From: Azolla caroliniana
Taxonomy: Eukaryota > Plantae > Polypodiophyta
Reading direction: 5' to 3'
Length of the DNA stretch: 64,000 bases
NCBI GenBank assembly: GCA_043228905.1
Contig: JBHGNT010000003.1
Location: forward strand, 5,270,001 to 5,334,000
The position numbers were made by a program, and so were the translations under genes. Of this stretch, positions 36,701 through 50,000 are shown piece after piece. The notes under the pieces were generated by a model. That model did no database searches. It had not been told where the DNA came from and saw only the letters and a program-made list of their open reading frames with translations. Positions within the stretch are counted from its first letter, which is position 1. Each line of letters opens with the position of its first letter.

Positions 36701-37636
36701 GCACCTCGAGCACCTCCGCATGGATGCTCGGCATCGCCACTCGAGGAAACCCGGCAAGATGCCTCTCTTCCGGAATGTCCCGCATCAGCATTTCTGCCCC
36801 GTAGGACGCCAAATACCTTGTGGCATCCTTTCCGCTGAACCGGCCGATAGTACCGACGACCGCATCAATGGCTCTATTGAGGGCGCCGGACCCCTCGCGT
36901 GCGCTCAATATCCGATCCACGGCCGAAGCCATGGCCTCCGCAATATCCGACCCTTTCATCTTCTGCTCTTCTGCCGCCCCTTTCACGTCGGGTTCACCAA
37001 GATGTCGAGGTATTCCTCGCGGATGCGTGGAATGAGGCGGGACCTCGGGGGTCCTGTACCGAAGAGCAAGAGAGAAAGGAGAAGAGACCCACTACGTGCG
37101 AGCGTAGATTCACAGGGACACGGCCCTTCGACACAAAGACGCGAGTGGGACAACGACACAGAGAGACACGAATGTATGTATGTATTAACAAAGACAAACA
37201 ACAAGAACACGAAGTCGGTTATAACCGACCAGGCCGACGAACAGATGCCGATGCCTGTTCGTAAACGCACAAAAAGAAAGGAGTAGGTTGGAGGTGCTGC
37301 CGGAAGCACTCAGGCAGTCCTCAGTGCAGCGCGAGCCTCCCGAAACCTGCACAGAAGAAGCTATGGAGTTTGGAAGAGAAAGAAGCCTTCGGCCCACAAT
37401 CCGACAGCACTTCGTCCTCTCTTACTTCGGGATCCCTTCCCCCTTCTTGTCTCCCTCCTTTTATAGGTAAGGAAGGAGCCGTTTCCTATTAACTTCCTAC
37501 CTACCGAATCTACCTACCTAGGATCTTCTATGTCCCTAATTCTCTCTTATGTACAACGTAAGGCATACGTGCATGAAGAGCCGACTCCTATGCTCCGGCG
37601 CACCGACTCCGCTCGTGGACGGTTTTCTTCACGACA
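30784..37636 (-). mobile_element. Full-length GC-rich Ty3/Gypsy E: LTRs 30784-31398 and 37003-37636; gag-PR-RT-RH-IN with lesions
   Basis: 4-bp TSD ACGG, PBS TGGTGAACCCGACGTGAA, gag knuckle CMWCDEVGHIRKDC, protease LVDHGSEIN, RT PYSNRWFTVPKKNG..FLDD, integrase H..GHRG..CESC..PFGPY-type GPY motif (WFGPY). Confidence 0.93.
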
Positions 37637-38295
37637 ACGGTATACGCAGGAGAGACAGAGAGAGAAACACAAAAAACTATATTCAACAATAATACTCAAT
37701 CTGTACATAAGACGTGCTTTAGTGAACACTTTTATACAAGTCCTAGAAGGACTGACCGAAGTACTAACAGTACTTCAATGCTCATTAAGAGCTCCTACAC
37801 TAACTCCCAAATATATTCCTCATGGAATATCTTTCCTAACGGCCTCACGGTTTACGCACTCGGCCTAACCGATCGGTCCCAACCGATCCGGTCCTCGGCT
37901 TCTTCAGCCGATCCAGCCGATGTTGAGCTTGTCTCTCAACACTCCCCCTCAAGCTCAACTCGAGGCTCTTCGGGATCCTCGGACTCACAGCTCTGGTTCC
38001 TCCTGCCTTCACGCCTTGCTCGTGCTCCTCGACCTATTCGACTCCGCGCGCTTCGACCCTTCCGATCGGCTTGTCTGCTCATGTGGCCCTTATCAGCTCT
38101 TCTAATGTTGCGGTGTTGACACTTCTTCTGCTGCCATTTCTTCCACTTGGGCCTCGGCTGATTCAGCGTCTCTTAATCAAACATCCGAACCAATTCGGCT
38201 ACCTCCGATCGGTTTTCGCTCTCGTCGGAGTTGGCTGTCTCCAACTCGTCTTCAGTCTTCTTGCCCTCGATGGCGTCATCTCCCCCATGCGTGGT

Positions 38296-41200
38296 TTAGG
38301 GTTTGTCCGGATACTTTCGGTGGAAATCAGCAAGAAGATCTTGTGCATTGGCAACATTCTCGACGGGTTCCCAAGTACGTTCGCTCGGACTATAACCGAG
38401 CCAATCGACCAAGTAATAAAGTTTGTTGCGAACAAGTTTGGAATCGAGGATGGCAGCAACTTCATACTCCGGGCCGACGTCCAACTCCAGCGGGGGCGGC
38501 GGTGGTGTCACACGATCGGGAATGGTGTTTGCTTTATAAGGTTCAAGAAGAGAACAATGGAAAACCGGATGTATCTGAAGCTGCGGAGGGAGATCCAGGC
38601 AGAAGGTGACATCATTAATCTTCCCCGTAATACGGAAAGGACCGAGTCGTCGATAATCCAACTTGTCGCACGGTCGAGTAGTCTTGATGTGACGACGTAA
38701 GAGCCATACTCGATCTCCGATGGCAAAAGAGGAGGGAATCCGATGACGATCCGCATAAGTGTTCTGTGTGTGTTGAGCATGACGAAGGTGAGTAGAGAGA
38801 TCCATCTGGATCTTGCGTAGCCTCTCCAAATGGTCCTCGGCACGAGGGTTGGTAGGTAGCTCCGGAGTGTCGATCACCGACCAGTGAGGATGGAAACCGG
38901 TATAAGCGAGAAATGGGGAGACCCGAGTCGAGGAGTGAATAGCATTATTATACGCAAACTCCGCAAAGTGGAGAATCTCGGCCCAATCGTCCGGTTGATA
39001 ACTCAGGAAACACCGGAGATATTTGCTCCAACGTTTGGTTTGTTCGTTCCGCCTGTCCGTCAGTTTGAGGATGGTAGCCGGAGGAGAGGTTGCAGGAGAC
39101 CTTGAGCATCCTGAAGAGATGCTGCCAAATTTGGAGACAAATTGCGGGCCTCGGTCACTGATAATACTGTCTGGTAGGCCATGATGCCGAAACCCCTTCG
39201 AGACCGGTAGATCTGTGATAAAATCAAGACAAATAGACTGCCATGGCTTACTTGGAATTGGTAAAGGTTCCAACAAGCCATATGGATGGTGTCGTAGCAT
39301 CTTTGCTCGGCAGCAAGCATCACAGGTCCGAACGTAGTCGTCGACAAAACGGCGCATGTGGGGCCACCAAAAAGATCGCTGCACTAACTCCAACGTCTTG
39401 GTACTACCGAAATGTCCCGCCGTATGGGTGTCGTGACAATGTTGGACGATTTGAAGGCGACAGGAGCAATCGGGGACATATACGCGCTTTTTAAAGAATA
39501 ACAAACCATGATGATATTCGAATTGTCGGTAGTCAATACCTGGTTGTTGAGATTGAGAACAGAATGCCTGAGAAGTATCAATGTGCGCCAGGATGTCTTG
39601 AGCAAAACTATTCGTCTTCAAGGTGGCACGTATGTCATCGGTAATCCGTGAATCCATCGGGGTGTGAAAAATCCGCGTCGTGTGCAATCGTGTTGGTCCC
39701 CAGATTACTTGCTTTTGATTATCAAATGTTGCGTCACCAGGACGAGGTGCAAGATATGAACACCGTGATAGTGCATCTGCTTTTCCTTGCTGCTTCCCCG
39801 GTCGATATGTGATTTCGAAGTGGAAACGCGTGAGGAATTGCGGCCACCGAGCTTGCCCTCGATTTAGTACGCGAGCGTTCTGAAAATAAGCAAGATTTTT
39901 ATGATCGCTAAAGACAATGACCTGATGTGGAGAGCCCTCTAAGAAATGCCGCCATTGTACAAATGAATCCACCATGGCTAATAACTCCTTGTCATGTATT
40001 TCATAGTTGATTTCTGCGACATTAAATTTGCGCGAATGGAAAGCCACCGGATGCAACTCTTCTTTATCGCCTTGTCGAGAAAGGATGCTACCGAGGACGA
40101 AATCTGATGCGTCGGCCTCCATGATGAATGGTTTGCTTGTATCCACATGAGCTAGAATCGGTGCTGATGTAAAGGCTTTCTTAAGATGCCGAAAAGCCAT
40201 ATCTGCTTCGATGGAGCAAAGAAATGCTTGGCCCTTCTTCATAAGTTGTGTGAGAGGTAAAATAATCTTCGAGTAATCCTGTATAAACTTACGGTAGAAG
40301 TTAGCAAAGCCTAGAAAACATTGTACATCTCGTAACGACCGTGGAATTTGCCACTCTAGTACAGTTTGGATTTTAGCTGGATCCATAGCGATGCCCTTTG
40401 AGGAGATGACGTAGCCTAGAAATTCCACTTGCTTGCAGTCAAAGCTACATTTCTCTAGCTTGGCATAAAGACCATTCTCGCGGAGTCGCTTTAGTACTAA
40501 TAGTACATGAGAATCGTGCTCTTCCTTGGTCTTCGAATAAATCAACAGATCATCCAGATAAATGATCAAACAGATATCCAAGAGGTCTCTGAATATATCA
40601 TTTGCCATGTGTTGGAAGACTGCGGGTGCATTGGTTAGGCCAAACGGCATAACAGTATACTCGAAATGCCCATACCGCGTGCGAAAAGCGGTCTTCCACT
40701 CATCTCCCGGTCGGATCCGCACGAGATTATACGCTCCTCGTAGGTCGATTTTAGTAAAAAACTTGGCACCATTAACTCGCTCTAAAAGACTTGATATAAG
40801 AGGAAGTGCATACCTATTCCGGATGGTGACTTTATTCAATCCGCGGTAATCAACGACAAGACGAAGTGAGCCATCTTTCTTCTTGACAAAGAAGATGGGT
40901 GCACCGGCCGGAGATTTCGAATGACGGATGAACCCGCTTGCCAAGTTCTCCTCTATGTAGGCTCGAAGGACTTCTAACTCGGTGGGTGACAAGTTGTAAA
41001 TTGGTCCCCATGGTGGCTCCGTTCCTGGTTGTAAATCGATGGGACAGTCATAGGGACGGTGATGAGGAAGGGTACCGGCTTTTACCTTGTCAAATACATC
41101 GGCATAAGGATGATATTTTGCCGGAAGTTGTATTGAGCAGTCCTTAATAGTGCTAGAAGGATGTACTGATATGGCAAATAGGAACATTGCCTCCTTGGGT

Positions 41201-41715
41201 CCTTCTTCGCGTAGTTGATGGAGTGAAATGGTCGAAACTCGGTCAGCTGATTCTTGGGGTGGTCGATATCGGACTTCTCTTGTTCTCCAATCTATGGCTG
41301 GATTATGTAATTCAAGCCAAGGTAATCCTAGGACAATGGGATGCTCTGGACTACTAATTATATTAAATGATATTATACACACAAAACTACCTAGGACAAC
41401 TTGAATGGGTTCTGATTCTTCTACAATATTCCCGGAAGCAATGGGACGACCATCAATGACCACTACAGATGCGGGACAAGGAAGTTTTCTTAAGGATATC
41501 TGAGAAGCTTGGGCAAAATTTCGATCCATGAAACAAGAATTAGCTCCGGAATCTAAAAGTGCTAGGACGGGTACTGGGGGAGTACTTTTAGTACTAACAA
41601 TGACTTGGGCTAGGAACAAATTGCTAACTTGCTTGGAAGGAATGGAACCACTAATGGGCTGTACAGATCTAGGGCTGCTGTCCAACCAAATGGCTCCTAT
41701 TTTGGCTGGACTCAA
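38296..41715 (-). CDS. pol: Chromovirus T1 Pol (PR-RT-RH-IN-chromodomain) with an internal integrase deletion and a compensated frameshift
   Basis: LLDSGAN, YLDD, EADASD, HxxGH..CDAC, GPF, chromodomain [28 protein letters not shown]. Confidence 0.85.
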   Translation of the reverse strand: MSPAKIGAIWLDSSPRSVQPISGSIPSKQVSNLFLAQVIVSTKSTPPVPVLALLDSGANSCFMDRNFAQASQISLRKLPCPASVVVIDGRPIASGNIVEESEPIQVVLGSFVCIISFNIISSPEHPIVLGLPWLELHNPAIDWRTREVRYRPPQESADRVSTISLHQLREEGPKEAMFLFAISVHPSSTIKDCSIQLPAKYHPYADVFDKVKAGTLPHHRPYDCPIDLQPGTEPPWGPIYNLSPTELEVLRAYIEENLASGFIRHSKSPAGAPIFFVKKKDGSLRLVVDYRGLNKVTIRNRYALPLISSLLERVNGAKFFTKIDLRGAYNLVRIRPGDEWKTAFRTRYGHFEYTVMPFGLTNAPAVFQHMANDIFRDLLDICLIIYLDDLLIYSKTKEEHDSHVLLVLKRLRENGLYAKLEKCSFDCKQVEFLGYVISSKGIAMDPAKIQTVLEWQIPRSLRDVQCFLGFANFYRKFIQDYSKIILPLTQLMKKGQAFLCSIEADMAFRHLKKAFTSAPILAHVDTSKPFIMEADASDFVLGSILSRQGDKEELHPVAFHSRKFNVAEINYEIHDKELLAMVDSFVQWRHFLEGSPHQVIVFSDHKNLAYFQNARVLNRGQARWPQFLTRFHFEITYRPGKQQGKADALSRCSYLAPRPGDATFDNQKQVIWGPTRLHTTRIFHTPMDSRITDDIRATLKTNSFAQDILAHIDTSQAFCSQSQQPGIDYRQFEYHHGLLFFKKRVYVPDCSCRLQIVQHCHDTHTAGHFGSTKTLELVQRSFWWPHMRRFVDDYVRTCDACCRAKMLRHHPYGLLEPLPIPSKPWQSICLDFITDLPVSKGFRHHGLPDSIISDRGPQFVSKFGSISSGCSRSPATSPPATILKLTDRRNEQTKRWSKYLRCFLSYQPDDWAEILHFAEFAYNNAIHSSTRVSPFLAYTGFHPHWSVIDTPELPTNPRAEDHLERLRKIQMDLSTHLRHAQHTQNTYADRHRIPSSFAIGDRVWLLRRHIKTTRPCDKLDYRRLGPFRITGKINDVTFCLDLPPQLQIHPVFHCSLLEPYKANTIPDRVTPPPPPLELDVGPEYEVAAILDSKLVRNKLYYLVDWLGYSPSERTWEPVENVANAQDLLADFHRKYPDKP

Positions 41716-43378
41716 TCGTTTAACTCTTCATCTAATTGACTAAGGATTTCAAATTTATTTGAGATACTTGGGCTATTAGTACTATGAATACTATCTGACA
41801 CTCTATTAGTACTATTAATACTATCAGACACTCCGAAGGGAAGAATTGACTCGGGTTTAGTACAGGCGACGATTTGATTTACCTGTCTTCTTGGCCTATG
41901 GGGACAATTGATGGCGATATGTCCTGGTCCACCGCAATAAAGACATAATCGATTGGCACATCGTCGTTGCTTTTCTTCTCCCCATAACGGGCCGCGTCGA
42001 CGCATGGTATCGATCTCCATCGGTGTCGAAGTATTTGCTTGAGGTATGTCTCGTGCAAACGGTTTAGCCGCGACTGCGGCGTAAGTGGGCTCTGGCCTAG
42101 AGCGTGGTATCTGTAATTGACGTTCTGAACGCCGTTCAAAAAGGCGGTTGTCACATCGAACTGCTCGACTGATTGCCTCCGTAAGAGACTTTGGTTCTTC
42201 GGGGAAAGTTAGAAGTAGATCTTTGACATCGTTTCGCAAGCCATAGCGAAACTGCTCCATTAGTGCTTGATCATCCCAGGGTATATCTGAAGCAAGTAGG
42301 CGGAAATCCGCCGCGTAGGCAGAGGCTGGACGATCGCCTTGACGCAATCGCCGGATCTTGTTGATCGCCGTCCTGATGCTGTCGGTGTCTCCAAAGCAGT
42401 CTTTAAACTCAACAATAAAATCTTCAAAGTTATTAAGTAAGGGGGATTGTTTTTCTAGAAGCGGAGCAAACCATGCCAAGGCTGAGCCGCTAAGTAGCGT
42501 GCCTATTAGGCCGACTCGAGATGCATCAGTGGGATATCGGGAAGGATGCATCTGGATGACTAAGCGTACCTGATTAAGGAATCCCCGGAATTGCGAATGC
42601 GTTCCATCAAATTTCACAGGAAGTCCAATCTTGGGCTCTTTATGAAATCCTTGGGGACTGGATCCTTGTTGTTGCAACGCTGCTTCGAGTTGTTGTACCC
42701 GTAACGCTAACTCCCCATGTTGTTGTTGCGTTTGTTGTTTTTCTAGAGCGATTTGTTGCAGATCCCCTATCAGCCGTTGGTTTTCTTGTTCCAGGGCAAC
42801 AAACTTTTCTTTTAGGCATTGTAGCTCGGAGAAAACGGATTGGTATTCTTGGGCGCTAACAGTAGCCATAGTATAGGGAAAAGGGTAGGAGGATGAGGGA
42901 GAGTGACAAGTAGGCTAGAGGAGAAAATTGGTTCAAACTGTCAGGAATAGTACTAAAACAGAGATGGAATTAGTACTAAGAACAGCAGTACTATTAGTAC
43001 TAAGAGGACGGGACTGCGTAAGATTCCCGAGAGAGGAAGTTAGAAGAGGAGAGAGAGAGAGATAGCGAGAATGAGAGAGAGAGAGAGATGATGACAGCAG
43101 CTAATATATTATGTGAAAAGATAAGTACAAGCGGCTAAGAGGCTTAAGACTGGCGTTGAACCAATTTGGTTCAAAACAATGCCTTGTGCCTCCTTTTATT
43201 GTGTTTTTAGGAATAATCCTGAAGCTTCTAGAATGTTCCAGAGAGATCTGGAATATACATCAATTTTCTATGATAAAGTATAAATGAAAATAATATCCTA
43301 CAAAATACAATTCATAATCTAATGGTAAGAGCTCGACCCATGTAGCATAAAGTCATGGGTTCGAGTCTTGCCATGACA
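38299..43378 (-). mobile_element. Tcn1-like chromovirus copy T1 (5' LTR 42939-43378; 3' LTR deleted), inserted in the RNase H of Copia F
   Basis: Near-identical to T2. Homology stops at GGGTTTGTCC (38299). Confidence 0.93.
41712..42869 (-). CDS. gag: Chromovirus T1 Gag (coiled coil, capsid, CCHC knuckle)
   Basis: PVKFDG..LLSGSALAWF..QFRYGL..CLYCGGPGHIAINC. Confidence 0.9.
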   Translation of the reverse strand: MATVSAQEYQSVFSELQCLKEKFVALEQENQRLIGDLQQIALEKQQTQQQHGELALRVQQLEAALQQQGSSPQGFHKEPKIGLPVKFDGTHSQFRGFLNQVRLVIQMHPSRYPTDASRVGLIGTLLSGSALAWFAPLLEKQSPLLNNFEDFIVEFKDCFGDTDSIRTAINKIRRLRQGDRPASAYAADFRLLASDIPWDDQALMEQFRYGLRNDVKDLLLTFPEEPKSLTEAISRAVRCDNRLFERRSERQLQIPRSRPEPTYAAVAAKPFARDIPQANTSTPMEIDTMRRRGPLWGEEKQRRCANRLCLYCGGPGHIAINCPHRPRRQVNQIVACTKPESILPFGVSDSINSTNRVSDSIHSTNSPSISNKFEILSQLDEELND

Positions 43379-46300
43379 CCTGAGAATTGCCACAACTTGT
43401 CCAGACCAAGAGGCTTTGTGAAGATGTCGGCAGTCTGCCGATCCGTCGGCATGTACTGAAGTTCGACTTCACCGGAAAGGACACGCTCATGGACAAAATG
43501 GTAGTGCACTTCAATGTGCTTGGTCCGTGCGTGGAAAACGGGGTTCTTTGCGAGCTGGATGTTGTTGAGGTTGTCGCAGTAGATCGTCGTTGGATCTGAC
43601 ACCTCCACCTTCAGGTCCTTAAGTAGCCGCTTCAACCATATGGCTTCGCATGTCGCGACAGCCGCTCCTCGGTACTCAGCTTCGGTGCTCAACAGTGCAA
43701 CTGTCGGCTACTTCTTACTGCTCCACGCGATTGCGGCACTCCCGAGGGAAAACGCGTATCCGGACGTGGATCAGCGATCGGCGACGTTGCCAGCCCAATC
43801 AACATCGGTGTAGCCGACTAACTGCGCGGCTGCACCGGTCCGATATAGCAGTCCGCGGTCCTTAGTGCCACTTACGTACCGCAGTACGCGTTGCGCACAC
43901 TGAAGGTGCTGCTCGGTAGGTCGCGCCATGAACTGACTGATCACCCCGACCGGATAACTGAGGTCGGGTCGGGTGATGGTCAAGTATATGAGGCTTCCGA
44001 CAATTTGTCGGAACCTCGTCGGGTCGCATACCTCTCCCGTATTGGGACGAAGCTTGATAGTTCTGTCCAGAGGAGTCGAGATGGACTTACAGTCGGCCAT
44101 CCCGAGTTTGAAGAGCATACCCAGCACGTAATGACGTTGGTTGATCAATATGCCTTCGGGGGTACGGATCACTTCGATCCCGAGGAAGTAATGAAGGTCC
44201 CCTAGATCCTTCATGTCGAACGATGCCGCAAGCTGGAGCTTTACGCGGTCGATTTCACCTAGGTCGGCGCCGGTGATGACCAAGTCATCAACATATAGTA
44301 AAATACAAACCGGTCCGAGTCGACCTTTCCGGATGAACAGGGAAGAGTTCGATTTTGACGTGACGAAGCCCATCCGACGCAGTTGTTGCGTGATATTCGC
44401 ATTCCAGGCACGCGGGGCTTGCTTCAGTCTGTAAAGGGACTTCTTCAGTCGGCATATTGCCGAGGAGTTCATTCCGGAGTGAAATGCGGGGGGTTGTACC
44501 ATGTATACTTGTTCCTCAAGGTCACCCTGCAGCAACGCATTCTTTACATCCATTTGATGTAGGTGCCACCCCTTGGCCGCGGCTACTGCGAGCAAAACAC
44601 GGACGGTCGTCATTTTCGCGACCGGCGCAAATGTCTCATCGTAGTCGATGCCGTGTTTCTGCGGGTAGCCCTTTGCCACTAGCCGAGCCTTGTACCGGTT
44701 GACCGAGCCATCGGTGTTGTACTTCACTTTGTACACCCACCTACACCCAATCAGCTTCACACCCTTCGGTGCGTCAACCAGGTCCCAGGTCACGTTCTCC
44801 GCCAATGCGTGCATCTCTTCCTCCATCGCGGCACGCCAATTCGCGTCTTTAGCCGCTTCTGCGTAGCTCTCCGGCTCACGCACTTCCGCTACACGGGTCA
44901 TGTACGCATAATGATGCGCCATGTACTCGTTGTATCCGAGCAGCAAAGCAGGATTCTTCTGGCAGGTAGATCGACGTAATCTCACGTTAGCCGATGTCGA
45001 GGCCTTCTCGGTTGACGCAGCCTTCACCTTTAAAGACCTGTCACCGGTTCCCTCAGAGTCGGACTCGCGTCGGTCTGACTCATTCTTATCCGTGCCGGAA
45101 TCCGACACCTTCTTCTTCCCTTTCTCTTTGCGTGCAAGCTGTATCCTCGGCTTCCTACGCGGGGAATGCACGGCCGAGTCTCCACTACTCGCCGGCTCTT
45201 CATCGGACTGGTCGTACCGATTCAGTCGTCCAATCGGTCCACTTAACCATAGTGAAATCGGAGTCTCTTCGCGGGTCTCGATTTCGGGCTCATCCGGAGG
45301 CATCTCGGCCTCCGTGAACTCATCGTCAGAGCTCGGATTGGAGTCGAGGTTCGTAGTCGGGGGCGAGTACCAGGACGCGGACTCGTCAACCACAACGTCG
45401 CGGCTGACACGCGCTTGTTTGGTGCGAGGGTTATAGCACTTATAACCATTCTGCTCGTCCGAGTAACCGACCAAGATGCATTTCTCGGCCTTTGCGTCCA
45501 GCTTCCTCCTTTTCTCCTTCGGTACATGCACATACGCAATGCTACCGAACACCCTCAAGTGTCGCAAGTTCGGCTTCGTTCCGAAATATAGCTCGTGTGC
45601 CGACACTTTGTCTCCGATCCGGTTCTGGATGTATACCGCAGTCCTTACCGCCTCGGCCCAATAGAACTTGGGCAAGCTCTTCTCCTCCAACATTGCCCGT
45701 GCCGCTTCCACAATTGACCGATTCTTCCTCTCGGCCACGCCGTTCTACTCCGGCGTGTATCTGCAACTGAATTCGTGCCGAATTCCCATTTGTTGTAGAT
45801 AACCATTGAATTGACCGCAAAAGTACTCTTTCTCGCCATCCGACCACAGGCACTTGATCTTTCGTCCCATTTCCGTTTCCACGAACCCTTTGAGGTCCCG
45901 GAAACAGTCGAAGACTTCGCTCTTCCTCTCAATGAGGTAGATCCACGTGTGCCGCGTGTGGTCGTCGATGAAGGAGATGAAATATCGGCTCCCGCCAAGA
46001 CTAACGTCCCCCATACATCGGAGTGTATAAGGTCGAGCTTGTTCCGGCTCCGGTTTCGCTCGTTGGTGAAGGGAAGGCGGTGTTGCTTCCCGAGTTGGCA
46101 GGCTTCACAAATTTGTGCCTTTTGGCCACTAAATTTGGGCAATCCGAACACTACCTGTTTCGATTGCAGATCTTGAAGCCGCTGGTGGTTGACGTGGCCT
46201 ATCTGCTTGTGCCACAAGTCGATGTCCGACTCGGATTTTTGTCCCTTCGCGAACATTGCGGTGCCGCCGTCAGTGGAGTCGAGGATGAACATCCTCCCGT

Positions 46301-46870
46301 CTCTGTGCCCTTGTGCAATCACACGACCTTCTTCCTCAATGAAGCACCCGAGGTGTGTAAACCGAACCTCCATCCCTTGGTTGACGATTTGTCTGACTGA
46401 GACCAAGTTTTTCGTGATTGTCGAAACGTGTAGCACGTTCATGAGTTTCCCTTTCTGCCCGACATGGCTAAGGGGAACTTCTCCAAAATTCGCGATCGGA
46501 TGCGAAGTGTCGTCTCCTGTTGCGACTACTCCAGGTTGTATCAGTTTTTCAAGGTACGAGAACCACTCCTTATGGCTCGTCATGTGGTTTGACGTGCCGG
46601 AGTCTACGTACCACACCTCGTCCGATCTCGGGGTGGTCTGTTTCATTGAGTTTGCTTCGTGTCTCGTCACGAAGGCAGACCCTTCTCCGGCTCTCCCGGA
46701 GTCTTCGGCGTAGTGCGATCACTGCTGATTTCCCTTGTCGGTATGTCCGGAGCTGTTTCCGGAACCGGTTCTCTCCAAATCGGCGCGCTTCTTCCAGCAC
46801 TCGCTTTCCTGGTGGCCTTTCTTGCCACAGTACCAGCACTCCGTGATGGCCTTCCCTTGCCGGTTCTCAT

Positions 46871-46964
46871 TGTTGAAGACAAGGCCGTGTCGATGCGGAA
46901 GATCAAGAAGCATTCGATTAGGGTTTGAGTACCTGCGTATGACAGTTTCTGAGATCGTGCACAT

Positions 46965-47006
<42 letters not shown>

Positions 47007-50000
47007 GCACAAAAGACTCTTTCTGTTCCATAGAAAACAATAATACAACCAACCTTACAAAAAGGTTACAAGGTCACTATATATAGTGACCGACTTAGGG
47101 CAACTACCATTTATGCTAATTACACAAATGGCCCGAACTTGATCTATACAAAGGGATAGTGTGAATACGTCCATTATACACTTGTATTCGACACTCCCCC
47201 GTAATGGGCGTATACATGGGTTATCTAAGATTACAGGTATAAACCTAGGTTCTCGGACATATCAGTTTTGTTCGAGTCGGCAGGGTCCGAAGGCAGAAGA
47301 CCGGACTGGTCGGGTCGGAAGAGTTGAAGCCGATCATTAGGGAACTGATGTCGGTTGTCTGAAACCATCCTGCGCTGTGTCCGGCTCTAACCGGACTGGT
47401 TTGTCGTTACGCCCATCTGATGCCGAAGGGACCGAAAGCGGTCTGCCGAAAGACACTTGGTCATTCCATCTGCGACATTGTCGGTTGTGGATATTTTCTC
47501 TAGACCGATTTTCCCTGAAATGACGCAGTCCCGAACGAAGTGATATCGAACGTCGATATGTTTGGAGGCGTTGTGGTGAACCGGATTTCTCGACAAGGCA
47601 ACAACACCTTGACTGTCGCTATAGACAACTGGGGCCGAGTCATGATCGACTTGTCGAAACGTGTGCGCCAGCCGGCCGAGCCACAAAGCTTCTTTTGCAG
47701 CGTCGGACGCAGCTACATATTCTGCTTCGGTTGTTGAGGTCGCTGTGCACTCCTGAAGTTTCGACTTCCACGAAACTGCTCCATTGCCGAATTTGAAGCA
47801 GTATCCAGTTGTTGATTTCCGATTGTCTATACAGCCGGCGAAGTCCGAGTCGGTGTAACCGACTACGCCTGAGGTTGAGTTCGGACCGAAAAGAATGTCG
47901 TGATCTTTTGTGCCAGCCAGATATTTGAACACATGCTTGACTGCGTTCCAATGCGATCGGCCAGGATTGTGCATAAATCTACTAACGACTCCTACGGCAT
48001 GAGAAATATCAGGCCGTGTCGCGACCATCAGGTACATAAGGGAGCCGACTGCCGGTGCATACGGTACCGACTTCATATCTTCCCCCTCCGGACCGGATGT
48101 CGGGCAGTCTCGCTGAGAGAGCCGAAGATTCATGGGGAGCGGGGTTGAAGCAGATTTGGCTGATTTCATGTTGAAGCGTTCCAAGACACGTCCGATATAG
48201 TCGGTCTGAGACAAAAAAAGATGTCGTTTATCGCGATGACGACTAATCTTCATGCCAAGTATGTGTCGTGCCGGACCGAGGTCCTTCATGGCAAACTTCA
48301 ACCGTAGTTGCCGAATGAGATCGGCAAGTTCGCCCGCGTGGCGTCCAGAAATTAGCATGTCGTCCACGTAAATGATGAGGAAGATGGGTGATCCATCTTG
48401 AGTTGTGTTGGTAAAAAGACAATGGTCCTCATCGCTTTTTGAGAAGCCGATCGATTGGATGAAGTCGTCGAACTTCTTGTACCATTGTCGCGGTATAAAT
48501 TTCCTCTTCAAGATCACCATGGAGGAAGGCTGTTTTGACATCTAGCTGAATCAGCTCCAAGTTGTTGGCTGCCACTACGCCGAGTAGAAAACGAAGGGTT
48601 GTCATTTTCACCACTGGTGAAAAAATCTCGTCGAAGTCGACGCCATATTCTTGTCGGAAGCCCTTTGCAACTAATCTGGCCTTGTACTTTGGGGTGGTCG
48701 AATCAGACGTCTCTTTTAGTCGATAAACCCACTTGCAAGGAAGAGCACGTCGATTCTTAGGTAATTCGACCAGATCCCAAGTCTTGTTTGCCCGAATGGA
48801 GTGCATTTCCGACTCCATCGCCAGATGCCAGGTGGCTGAATCGACAGATGTCGATGCTTCTTCGTAAGACGTCGGTTCGCCGGCGTCGGTGAAGAAAATT
48901 CCAGGAGAATACCTCTCCGGAGGTTGCGACAGTCTCTCGGATCGTCGAGGTATGATTGGACTGGTCGCATCGGGTATCGCGGTCGGATGGTCCGAAAGCG
49001 AATTATTCTGCTGTGCTGAGTCAGAGTTGTCCGAGTCGGGGGTGTAAGGTTCAGCTACCCGTGAAGCTGACCGTGTGTTAAGAGTGGGGCCTTCTTGAAG
49101 GGTCGGCACATCGGAAAATGTTACCCTTCGAACTTCGATCGGTTTTTCGACTGATGGATTCATAGCCGACTCGTTGAACACAACGTCCGAACTTCGAACG
49201 ATTTGTCTGCGTTCGGGGTCCCAGAGTCGGTATCCCATTTCGCTGTCTGATCCATATCCAAGGAAAATGCATTTCCTGGACCGAGGTGCAAGTTTTCGGC
49301 GATCATCTTTCGGAATAAGGGCGTAGGCCTCGCATCCGAAGATCCTCAGCTTGTCGTACTTCGGCTTACTGCCGATCCATAGTTCCTGAGGAATTTGAAG
49401 TCCTAGAGGTCTGCTTGGCGACATATTGATTATGTGTACTGCCGTGAGTAGAGCCTCTGCCCAGAAGCCATCCGACAGTCCGGAGTGTTGGAGCATGGAA
49501 ACTATCCGTTCTTGGATTGTCCGATTCATGCGTTCTGCAATCCCGTTTTGCTCCGGACTGTGTGGTGCTGTAAATTCACGTCGGATGCCGCGTTGTCAGC
49601 AGAATTTGACGAATTCTTCTGATTTGAACTCTCCCCCATTGTCGGTCCGAAAGCATTTCAGTTTTCGGTCAGTTTGATTTTCTACCATAGCGAGCCAATC
49701 GGAGAAGATCGAGAAGACACGATCTTTGGTGCGAATTGGATAAGCCCACACCTTTCGAGTCGAATCGTCAATAAAACTGACGAAGTAAGAGGCACCGCCG
49801 AGAGACTGATGCGGCATTGGGCCACAGACGTCCGAGTGGACTAAATCGAGAGGTCTCGTTTCTCTTGGTGCTGATGTCGGGTGTGATGCGGCTGCTTGTT
49901 TGCCATACTGGCAATGTTCGCAGAATTGATGGTCCGAGAAGGAGAGTTTAGGGATGTATCCGGCTCTAGATAGGTGCGTAATGCCGGCCTTGCTGAGGTG

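Noticed and set aside
31292-37470. Many overlapping antisense ORFs in Gypsy E and other TEs
   Set aside because: Expected shadows of GC-rich coding sequence, with no recognisable motifs.
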